64,000 bases of DNA from Candidatus Bathyarchaeota archaeon (GTDB taxonomy: Archaea > Thermoproteota > Bathyarchaeia > Bathyarchaeales > Bathycorpusculaceae): the NCBI GenBank assembly GCA_963702095.1, contig OY969706.1, positions 1,440,001-1,504,000 on the forward strand, read 5' to 3'. A program made the position numbers and the translations under genes. The notes below the pieces were generated by a model, which was given only the letters and a program-made list of their open reading frames with translations, made no database searches and was not told the origin of the DNA. The first letter of the stretch is position 1; every line of letters starts with the position of its first letter. Positions 9,589 to 17,689 of this stretch are shown here, one piece after another.

Positions 9589-10683
9589 TTGAAACAAACC
9601 GTTAAATCAAAAAACACCCTTAAACATTACAGCCTTTTTGCAGTTCAGAGTGAGATTTTGAATTCTAACCTGATTAAATCGTCCCTGCGATGCTTCGCAA
9701 GTAACCGAGAGTTACGTTTCGCAGTCATACATGTAACCACCCGCTGCAACGCCCGATGCCTCGACCGATGCAACATCTGGGCTCAAGCACCCATTGACAT
9801 GCAATACAACGATGCTTGCTTAACCCTCGATGTGCTGGCTAAAAACCACTTTTCAATTGCCTATTTAACGGGTGGAGAAACTGGTTTGTACCCCCATTTA
9901 GTTGATGCAGTTAAATACGCTAAAGCTAAAGGGCTCGCTACTTCCATAACAACCAACGGCACCATCTCCAAAGAAAAGTTGGTGGCGATGCGCGGCACTT
10001 TGGATGTGTTGTCTGTTTCAGTAGATGACTGCAATGAGAAACGCTGGGACGAAATCAAACATGTAAAGGGAATATCCGCTAGGGCAAAAGAAACTATCAT
10101 GACTGCAAAGGCGTTAGGTATGAAAGTGTACGCGGTTACTTTTCTTAACCCCGCCTGGACACCCCTCGACGTGGAAAAAGTGATCCACTACGTTAATGAC
10201 GAATTAAATATCCCCTTCGCGCTATCTTACCCCTACATTTCATCTTACGAAGGCACATACAAAGTCGGCGGCAACCTCATTAAATCCAGCGATTACGTCA
10301 TAAAAATGAAGAGTTTAATACAAACAATCTTGGCAATGAAACTAAACGGTTCAAAAATAGCCACCACCACATGTTACCTAAGAGAAGTCATCAGAGCCCA
10401 TGAGAGCTTGCCCTTAAAGTACCCATGTAAAGCGGGAAGAACCATATTGGCGATTGACTGCAACCTAAACGTTTTTCCCTGCTACAAAAAAGAAAAGCTG
10501 TTTAACTTAAAAGATTATCAGAACCTGAATCTGCAACCCATTGACAGTTCAGCCTGCGACAACAAAAACTGCATGATTAACTGTTTCAAAGAAGCTTCTG
10601 CAGCCTCAAAAGAAACAGGGTTAAGAGCGGGTGTTGAAGAGTTCTTTTCTAATCCTCGATTCTATTTAGAGATACTAAGATGA
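9589..10683 (+). CDS. Radical SAM protein with C-terminal Cys cluster (SPASM/twitch-like); start uncertain
   Basis: CNARCLDRC, LTGGE, ITTNG, SVSVD; CKAG...FPC...CDNKNCMINC. Confidence 0.8.
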   Translation: MKQTVKSKNTLKHYSLFAVQSEILNSNLIKSSLRCFASNRELRFAVIHVTTRCNARCLDRCNIWAQAPIDMQYNDACLTLDVLAKNHFSIAYLTGGETGLYPHLVDAVKYAKAKGLATSITTNGTISKEKLVAMRGTLDVLSVSVDDCNEKRWDEIKHVKGISARAKETIMTAKALGMKVYAVTFLNPAWTPLDVEKVIHYVNDELNIPFALSYPYISSYEGTYKVGGNLIKSSDYVIKMKSLIQTILAMKLNGSKIATTTCYLREVIRAHESLPLKYPCKAGRTILAIDCNLNVFPCYKKEKLFNLKDYQNLNLQPIDSSACDNKNCMINCFKEASAASKETGLRAGVEEFFSNPRFYLEILR

Positions 10684-10689
10684 CTCCAT

Positions 10690-11472
10690 TTATATGAGCC
10701 ATGAAGCAAGCTCATAAGCAAGCAGCAGCGAAGCATAGAAGGCTGCGCCGACCAAAAACAGAAACAGCCCCTTCCGCTTCACCGTGGGAATCTCGCTTCT
10801 TATCGCCTGATAAAAGATGGCGCCGGAAATAAACGCTAAAAGAACCGAGGCTTCAGCGACTTTCTCGGGAAAAAGGATAGAGGCAAGCAACCCTGCTAGG
10901 GGAATAAAGGTTGCGATGAGGCGGCCGTTTTTGCCATGTAAACCGGTGTATTGTTCAGTCATAGCGTTTTCGGCGACAAAGAGGTGCAGAGAAACCGCAA
11001 AGGTGTAAAATACGCCTGCGGCAGCGCTTTCTTGGTATTCGAACAGTAAAGAGAAGCTTAGGATCAACTGTAGAAAAGCAAGCGCAGCAAAATGCACATA
11101 GTACACTTTGGCGTTGGCCTGAGGGTTTTTTGCTACTTGATTTGTGGGGTGCACGGTTTTTTTGGAGTCTACAGCCAGGCATTCAAGAGCGAAAAAAAGC
11201 AGAAAACCGAAAAACACCACAAAGAAGATGGCGTCCTCATAAATGATTGTTGGAAAATAAGCGCCGCTTAGTGTTTGGAAGCTCTCTTTTGAATTTTCGA
11301 CGCTGGGCAACAAATCTAAGAAAACAAACCCTGCAGTTATACCGCTAAAGAGTGACAGGATTTGGCGTTTGTATTTTCCAGCGTAAACTCGTATTTTAAG
11401 TGAGTAAAAGTTTACGAGGGCAAAGACTATTGCTGAAACAATGGCAAGTATGATTGGGTAGAGAAAAACTAT
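10690..11472 (-). CDS. Multi-pass membrane protein (ZIP-like), probably starting at an ATA codon
   Basis: Frame stays open 53 codons upstream of the ORF-track start, through a TM helix and SLFSGITAGFVFLDLLP, to GGGAGGC-ATA at 11472. Confidence 0.65.
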   Translation of the reverse strand: MVFLYPIILAIVSAIVFALVNFYSLKIRVYAGKYKRQILSLFSGITAGFVFLDLLPSVENSKESFQTLSGAYFPTIIYEDAIFFVVFFGFLLFFALECLAVDSKKTVHPTNQVAKNPQANAKVYYVHFAALAFLQLILSFSLLFEYQESAAAGVFYTFAVSLHLFVAENAMTEQYTGLHGKNGRLIATFIPLAGLLASILFPEKVAEASVLLAFISGAIFYQAIRSEIPTVKRKGLFLFLVGAAFYASLLLAYELASWLI

Positions 11473-11522
11473 GCCTCCCTGAGGTAGTTAAATTTAGAAA
11501 AAAGGGCTGTTGACGTCGCTCT

Positions 11523-11840
11523 TTAGAGTCGTGCCAATAAGCCCATTATTGCTCCGATAATGACAAGCCAAGCCGCGAACCATGCGCCGATTAGCGATGC
11601 GAATATTCCACAGAGAATCAACAGTATGGCGGTTGGGAACCTATGGACAAACCTTGCGCCACCCGCACAGATTAATCCCAATACCAACATTATAATGCCC
11701 CAGAAGAATATGCTAAGTGAAAACGCTGGATAAAAAATTAACCAGAAAATCCCTAAAATTCCAGCGATCCCTAAGAAAATAAAGATTAAGCCGCCTATCA
11801 AAGCCATGATAAAACCAATGTTAGCTAAAAATCTGTTCAA
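11523..11840 (-). CDS. Small hydrophobic membrane protein
   Basis: About four TM segments; GGAGGAGGTG RBS before TTG at 11840. Confidence 0.7.
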   Translation of the reverse strand: MNRFLANIGFIMALIGGLIFIFLGIAGILGIFWLIFYPAFSLSIFFWGIIMLVLGLICAGGARFVHRFPTAILLILCGIFASLIGAWFAAWLVIIGAIMGLLARL

Positions 11841-12057
11841 GAATTCACCTCCTCCGACAACAGTTCTCATGTTTGGAGGAACACTAAAAACGGTTAATGG
11901 CTACAGCGTTTTAAGGGTTTGTGTTAACATTTTAGGAGCTACAATTGTTCAACAAAATACATAGCGGATGTTACTTTTATGCTCTCCATATATACTTTTA
12001 TGGCGACATAGTGTAGCAAACAAATGCTTTTACCGCACTCATACAGAGTTTTAAAAG

Positions 12058-12378
12058 GTGAAAGTTTTGATAAATGCAGAAAAAATCAAGGGCAAAAAAG
12101 TATTTACCTACAGGGGCATGCTGATGGGTGAAGTAGACGCTGTTCAAATCGACGAGAACAACTGGACAATCACAGAAGTCGACGTTGCCTTAGACAAAGA
12201 AATGGAGAAACTCTTCGACGTTAAATCAGGGAGGATGTCCACGACTATTGTACCGGTGCAAATCAGTATGATGGGTCCAATTGGGCCAGACAGTATTGCG
12301 TTGAAAGAAGAGATACAGAATCCCAAAGAATACCTTGAAAAAGCGTCTTCTGAAAGACAACGAATTATACACAGGTAA
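12058..12378 (+). CDS. PRC-barrel domain protein (paralogue of 8012-8311)
   Basis: GKKVFTYRGMLMGEVDAVQIDENNW. Confidence 0.78.
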   Translation: MKVLINAEKIKGKKVFTYRGMLMGEVDAVQIDENNWTITEVDVALDKEMEKLFDVKSGRMSTTIVPVQISMMGPIGPDSIALKEEIQNPKEYLEKASSERQRIIHR

Positions 12379-12579
12379 TCCAGCCCAACCCCTTTTTTTT
12401 ATCAGTTAGGAATGGTTCAGGCCCCACATCAGCAGTAGCATAAACCGCCAATATGATACTCCAAAAGACATATTCATGCATTCCCAAAGGCAGGGTGATT
12501 GCTTGATAGAGGGCACTTTTAAAAAGAAATATTACGTAAGAAAAGCCTGCCATGTGCTTCTATGTTGCCAGTTTTACAG

Positions 12580-12785
12580 GGCTCTCTGGGCAATTCTCTT
12601 GGAAGATAGATTTGGGTTTTTACGTAGCCTTTGGCTAGGAGCGGCAAACATAAGCGTTGGCATTTCACGATTATGGCACCGGGGGTTTTTTGGAGTTAAG
12701 CTGCAACTTCATCCATGCTTGCGCCTGCTTCGACGAGCATTTTTAATTGGGTTTCCTGTGCGGAGGTCCATTTTTTACCTGCCAT
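12580..12785 (-). pseudogene. Disrupted HTH protein gene, probable mobile-element relic (3' limit approximate)
   Basis: MAGKKWTSAQETQLKMLVEAGASMDEVAA*LQKTPGAIIVKCQRL...LPRELP; in-frame TAA inside the HTH turn. Confidence 0.6.
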
Positions 12786-12933
12786 CTTTAAGTCACCAAC
12801 CAATTGCTGGGTGAAGCGGGCTTTTAAAGAATTTTCACAAAATAAAATGCCGATTGTAAATACAGAAATATTGAGGCTATTTACAAAAAACTTAACTTCC
12901 CCATTTATGTTAGAGTGCCCTAGGGATTTGATT

Positions 12934-13578
12934 ATGGATAGGTCAGCAGTTATTTTGGCAGGTGGCGCTGCAAAGCGCTTCGAAGGCAATGACAAAGGCC
13001 TCTTTGAACTGGATGGGAAACCATTGTTGAACCATGTTGTGGACGCGGTGAAAGGGCTTGTAGACGAAGTAATCATAGTCACCAATAGCCAGGAACGGGC
13101 GGATGCCTACGCCAAAATCGTTTCCACAAAAGCCAAATTCGCCATAGATAAAGAAAAATCGATGGGTCCCTTGGTGGGTGCATTGACCGGCTTTGAAGCC
13201 GCAGAGGGCGAGTATTGCCTGCTTTTGCCCTTTGACAGTCCCTTCGTCTCCAGAGACGTCCTCTCGTTGCTCCTTGACCTGTGTGTGAGCAAAGCTGCTG
13301 TGGTTCCACGGTACCCAGACCAGGAAATTGAACCATTGCACGCTGTCTACAACCGCAGCAGAGCCCTCGAAGCCGCTGAAGAAGCTCTCGCAGAGGGACA
13401 ATCTGATATGCGTTCTATGGTTGAGAAGCTGCGGGGGGTACGTTATGTTTCTACGATGGTGATTGAACAGCTCGATCCAGAGCTTAAAACGTTTGTTAAC
13501 ATTAATGCGCCGCTGGATCTAAAGAAAGCTGAAGCGATGAGCAAACCTAAACCCAAAAAGTTCAAAAAGAAAACATAG
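12934..13578 (+). CDS. mobA: Molybdenum cofactor guanylyltransferase
   Basis: AVILAGGAAKRF...DKG, GPLVG, EPLHAVY, FVNINAPLDL; ATG at 12934 chosen over the ORF-track start. Confidence 0.9.
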   Translation: MDRSAVILAGGAAKRFEGNDKGLFELDGKPLLNHVVDAVKGLVDEVIIVTNSQERADAYAKIVSTKAKFAIDKEKSMGPLVGALTGFEAAEGEYCLLLPFDSPFVSRDVLSLLLDLCVSKAAVVPRYPDQEIEPLHAVYNRSRALEAAEEALAEGQSDMRSMVEKLRGVRYVSTMVIEQLDPELKTFVNINAPLDLKKAEAMSKPKPKKFKKKT

Positions 13579-13609
13579 TCTTTGTTAAAACGTCCGCTTG
13601 CCTGCAGGG

Positions 13610-13806
13610 GCACGCCTGCAAGGATAAACTCAACATAGTTTCACACACACAAGAATTCGACTTCAACAATGAAGCATATACCGCATGTGGAAGAAATCAG
13701 CTTTCTCACACCTAACAGGCGTTGAAAACTGTTGCAATCCCAAAAAGCAATCGCCCCCAACTGCCGTTTTGTGGCACCCCGCAAACTGCCACACCCACAT
13801 AAAGAG
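13610..13806 (+). repeat. Dispersed intergenic repeat, copy R1 (core 13640-13806)
   Basis: Aligns to R2-R4; ends TGTGGCACCCCGCAAACTGCCACACCCACATAAAGAG. Confidence 0.92.
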
Positions 13807-14033
13807 TGTTGAAGTGTCTGGTTAGATTGCAACGCGCAGCATGTTATTTGTGTTTGATGTATATTTTGGGGTTTGTGGGGCAGCAAATAGTTGGGTGGTT
13901 GTGCTCTGTAGTGGGGGTTTTTAGGGGTGTTGTGGTTTTTCCGTACTTATTTTTGATTCTTATGGTGCTTTCATAAGTCAGTTATATGGCTTCTGCATAT
14001 GTGGTTTGCATTGTATTGGAGGATGATGTGTGT

Positions 14034-14213
14034 ATGAAACCGATTGCGGATAAAAACAGAAAAGAGTTGGAAGCAAAATTAGCGGATGTTTTCGATCAAG
14101 AAATCACCGGCTTGTCAACCGAATTGCGTCAAATATTACTAGATGACCTAGTGACAGCATTCGAAAATAGAATAAACGTGTTAAACAACACCATAGAAAA
14201 AACAGCCCTCTAA
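14034..14213 (+). CDS. Small helical hypothetical protein (59 aa)
   Basis: MKPIADKNRKELEAKLADVF...LLDDLVTAFENR; GGAGG upstream. Confidence 0.7.
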   Translation: MKPIADKNRKELEAKLADVFDQEITGLSTELRQILLDDLVTAFENRINVLNNTIEKTAL

Positions 14214-14299
14214 CACCAAGCATGGACACTAATATTGATTAGTAATACATAAACATTTTATACATAAAACGAGAACTACACCCAAAGAGGAAAACACCA

Positions 14300-14593
14300 G
14301 TGCGTCGATCAAAACTCGAAATGTATGTAGATATCCTAACCGTACTTGCACACCGTGGACCACTCAAACTAACCCACGTAATGTACAAAGCCAACGTCAA
14401 CTGCAGCGTCCTAAAAGAATACCTCGACTTCCTCCTAAAACAAGGCCTAGTCGAAGAACGCACCATAGGCAAACGACGAGTAGTCTTCGCAGTAACCCAA
14501 CGCGGCATAACAGTCCTCAAATACTTCAAAGAACTAAAACAAGTACTCCCCATAGTCGAAGAAGCCCGAAACCAAGCCCCAGTCCCCTACTAA
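14300..14593 (+). CDS. Winged-helix DNA-binding protein (HTH_45/ArnR1-like)
   Basis: RRSKLEMYVDIL...LTHVMYKANVN...YLDFLLKQGLV...VTQRG. Confidence 0.88.
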   Translation: MRRSKLEMYVDILTVLAHRGPLKLTHVMYKANVNCSVLKEYLDFLLKQGLVEERTIGKRRVVFAVTQRGITVLKYFKELKQVLPIVEEARNQAPVPY

Positions 14594-14770
14594 ACCCACC
14601 TCCCCCACCCCTACACAAACACCCAACCCACACACAACAAACAACTAAAATTTTATTACTTTAAAATTCATAGTTTACTGTCGTAAGACTTAATAAACTG
14701 CACATAGCTTAAGTATGCATTAACGGTATAGCGTCAAATGATTTGGGGTTATGATGTGATTAGGAACGAT

Positions 14771-15145
14771 TTGTCGAGTAAGAGACCTTTGAGTATTTTG
14801 GAGAAGATTGAGGAGAGTTTGGAGAGGTTGAATGCGAAGATGGAGGTTATGATTGAAATTCAGAGGAATAGTAGTGGTTCGGTGAAGGCTGCAGCTGTGT
14901 TGGGTGATGCTTCTTTGGATGTGATGACTTTGTTGTCTATGCCTGATCATTTGCGTAAGACTGCTATGACTATTTGTCGTGCGGGGCGGGCTACTGCGGA
15001 GGAGATTTCTGTGCAGACGACGCGGGCTCGTGCTGTTGAGAGTGCTTATCTTAATCAGTTGGTTATTATGGGTTATTTGAAGAAGGAGCGGAGGGGCCGA
15101 AAAGCGTACTTCTTCGTTGACCGTGAAGTGGAACCGCAGAGTTGA
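14771..15145 (+). CDS. Coiled-coil plus winged-helix DNA-binding protein
   Basis: N-terminal heptad segment; ATAEEIS...RAVESAYLNQLVIMGYLKKERRGRKAYF. Confidence 0.8.
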   Translation: MSSKRPLSILEKIEESLERLNAKMEVMIEIQRNSSGSVKAAAVLGDASLDVMTLLSMPDHLRKTAMTICRAGRATAEEISVQTTRARAVESAYLNQLVIMGYLKKERRGRKAYFFVDREVEPQS

Positions 15146-15149
15146 TTTT

Positions 15150-15929
15150 ATGAGTAAAATTGTAGCTGTACACTCCTATAAAGGCGGCACAGGCAAAACC
15201 TCGATGGCGGTTAATTTGGCAGCCACTTTGGCTAAAGCTGGCAGAAAAGTCTGCATCTTCGATTTAGACTTTCGGGCGCCAAGCCTCTTTGCCATCTTAA
15301 AAGCCCAAAACGTCGAGTACTGGCTAAACGATTACCTAAACAACACCTGCGAAATAAACAAAACCCTCCTTGACCTCAGCAGCAGAATCAGCGGAAACGG
15401 CAAATTCTACGCTTGCCTAGCAAACCCCGCCACCGAAGCCATACGGGACATATCCAGCAAAGACCGCAAATGGGAAATGCGTGCCTTGGGCCGTTTACTG
15501 GCGCTGCGGGATACGTTGCTGCGCGACCAAAAATTCGACTACTTAATCTTTGACACCAGCCCGGGCCTGCAGTACTCCAGCATCAACGCCATCGTAGCCG
15601 CTGACTTCGTGGTGGTAGCAACCACAGGCGACCGCAGTGATGTAGATGGAACCAAACGCATGCTAGCTGAACTCTACAACCTCTTCGAAAAGAAAACCGG
15701 GTTGGTACTAAACAAGGTGCTTGATCCCTCAGCGACGTCACGGAAGATGGAGATGGCGGCAAAAGTCAAAGCCGACTACCAAGTGCCCCTGCTGGGCATC
15801 GTGCCATGCTTCTGCGAAATCCTACGCGCCGAAGGCAACTACATCTTCGTCGAAGACAAACCCGATCATCCCTTCACAAGAATCGTTGCTGAAATGGCTA
15901 AAAAAATAGAGAACAACGAAGTAAACTAG
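15150..15929 (+). CDS. MinD/ParA family ATPase
   Basis: Deviant Walker A KGGTGKT, DLDFRAPSL, FDTSPG, LVLNKV; 4 bp after the wHTH gene. Confidence 0.9.
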   Translation: MSKIVAVHSYKGGTGKTSMAVNLAATLAKAGRKVCIFDLDFRAPSLFAILKAQNVEYWLNDYLNNTCEINKTLLDLSSRISGNGKFYACLANPATEAIRDISSKDRKWEMRALGRLLALRDTLLRDQKFDYLIFDTSPGLQYSSINAIVAADFVVVATTGDRSDVDGTKRMLAELYNLFEKKTGLVLNKVLDPSATSRKMEMAAKVKADYQVPLLGIVPCFCEILRAEGNYIFVEDKPDHPFTRIVAEMAKKIENNEVN

Positions 15930-15951
15930 CCCTCTTTTCTTTTGTGCTTCT

Positions 15952-16147
15952 CTCTTTATGTGGGTGTGGCGTTTTGCGGGGTGCCACAAAACGGCAACTG
16001 AGGACGGTTGTGTTTTGCGGTTGCAACGGTTTTCTGCGCCTGTTTCGGTGTGGGATATGTGTTTTCTTCCACACACCCTGCATGGCTCCATGTACAGCCT
16101 TTTTCTTGTGTGTGTGAATCCATGTTGAGTTTGTTCTGTAGGCGTGC
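15952..16147 (-). repeat. Dispersed intergenic repeat, copy R2 (core 15952-16118), inverted relative to R1
   Basis: Reverse complement aligns to R1 including the GCACGCCT...AAACTCAACAT extension. Confidence 0.92.
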
Positions 16148-16335
16148 ATTGAAGGGTGTTTCTAGTAGCCTCTAAACGTAACGTGTAATCTTGAGGGGGG
16201 CTCAAAGGTTCCAGCGGCAAGCAGAAGCCACTCCGGACAGGGCAAATGATTTTCCCGCCTTGGAAAAGCAAAAACCGTACCCAAACTTTAACAGCAAGAC
16301 CCCTCGCCTAGAAGCTTGGAGAAAACGATACAGTT

Positions 16336-16455
16336 ATGTCCAAAGAATTTATAAACAAATGCCCTTATTGCGGAAGCAGCAACCTAGAATGCTCAGAAAA
16401 AGAAGCCAAATGCAACGACTGCGGAATGGGCAAGTACACCGAAGGCAAACGGTAA
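16336..16455 (+). CDS. 39 aa zinc-ribbon microprotein
   Basis: MSKEFINKCPYCGSSNLECSEKEAKCNDCGMGKYTEGKR; CPxCG and CxxCG. Confidence 0.7.
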   Translation: MSKEFINKCPYCGSSNLECSEKEAKCNDCGMGKYTEGKR

Positions 16456-16512
16456 AACTTTGCCAAAAATGAACTTTTGAGCTCCGAAAAGAAGCGGGTT
16501 AGAGGTGAAAAG

Positions 16513-16686
16513 ATGACATCAAAAAAATCAAAACAATACGACATAACAAACAAAACACCTAGCAAATACAAACCCAAACAAGCCGCCGCCGAAAAGAAAA
16601 ACAAAAACACCAAAAAAATCGACACCTTCCTACCCATACCAAAAGAAGAAAAACCCAAAAAACAACAAACCGCAACAAAAAAATAA
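16513..16686 (+). CDS. Lys-rich 57 aa hypothetical protein
   Basis: GAGGTGA RBS then ATG; composition may partly reflect the local A/C bias. Confidence 0.45.
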   Translation: MTSKKSKQYDITNKTPSKYKPKQAAAEKKNKNTKKIDTFLPIPKEEKPKKQQTATKK

Positions 16687-17270
16687 CCTGCCCCCTCTCC
16701 CCAAATTAACCGTTAGAACGCCCAACTAAGAGAAAAGCCCGATTTCGCCACCATATTGCTTTTTAACGCCCGTTTAGATGTCGGTGCAGATGTCCCCTCG
16801 GTATGGGCGCTCCCAATTCAGCAGTGGATAGTAGATTTGTTTGTGGTTAGGTTTTGGGTGGTGTCTGCTTGGTTTGGGTGTGGGTTTGTAATTCAGATTG
16901 GCGGCTGTTTAGTGATGTTTGATAAGTTATTGTTTGTGGGTTGCATGGGTTTTTCAGCTCTGAGTTGTTGTTTATTGGCAATCACAAATTAATTTAACTT
17001 GCAAAGCTATCATTTACTTGGCAAAAGCATTGTTTTTGTTTGGGTCGGAGCATTTTTTTGTTTTATCCAGTTAAAGAGAAGTCGTGGAGTGTTTTCTTAG
17101 TAAAAGGGTACGTCTGCAACGATCAAGTCCGGGCTAAAGGCTGTATGAACTGCAGGTCAACAACTCAGGCCTTAACCGCTAACCACCACAATCCCAACCT
17201 GCTGCTCTACGGTTGCCGCGACAGCAAATGCAAGCATCGTTTAGTCCGCTTGGATTTTGAGCAGGATTGC

Positions 17271-17606
17271 TTAGCGTCCGGGGAATTGTCTTCTTCGGAG
17301 GCGCCTGATTCGGTTGGCGTAGGGTTGGCTTAGACAGTTTTTGGGCGGGTTTCTGCGTATTTTTTCCTTCAGTTTGTAGAATGCAGGTTTGCCGCCCACG
17401 GCTAAAGCGAAAAACAGGCAGCCCACTCCTACGGCGCGGTAGATTATGATTGAGAAAAGTATTGCATTGGGGTAGGGTATGTTTAGGGTGGCGGCTAGGA
17501 CTGCTGCAAAAGTTGGATGGATAATCATTTCGTCAAAGGTGGGTATTAGAAGGTATGCGGCGGCAGCCAGCATCAAAGCGGCAAAAGCTATTTTTCCAAA
17601 ACGCAT
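17271..17606 (-). CDS. Small membrane protein
   Basis: Hydrophobic segments, LLIPTFDE motif. Confidence 0.6.
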   Translation of the reverse strand: MRFGKIAFAALMLAAAAYLLIPTFDEMIIHPTFAAVLAATLNIPYPNAILFSIIIYRAVGVGCLFFALAVGGKPAFYKLKEKIRRNPPKNCLSQPYANRIRRLRRRQFPGR

Positions 17607-17689
17607 GTCGCTTCAAACAATATACTTATATCCACCCCATATAGAGGTTATAAAAAAAATAAAAGGGGGAATTAAATGTTTAATTCTCT

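Noticed and set aside
12409-12462. Fluoride-riboswitch-like words (GGAATGGT...TAAACCGCC...TGATACTCC)
   Set aside because: Required P1/pseudoknot pairing is not formed and no fluoride-related gene follows
16208-16221. GTTCCAGCGGCAAG resembling an archaeal ORB box
   Set aside because: Single imperfect match, no paired ORBs and no cdc6/orc1 in the window
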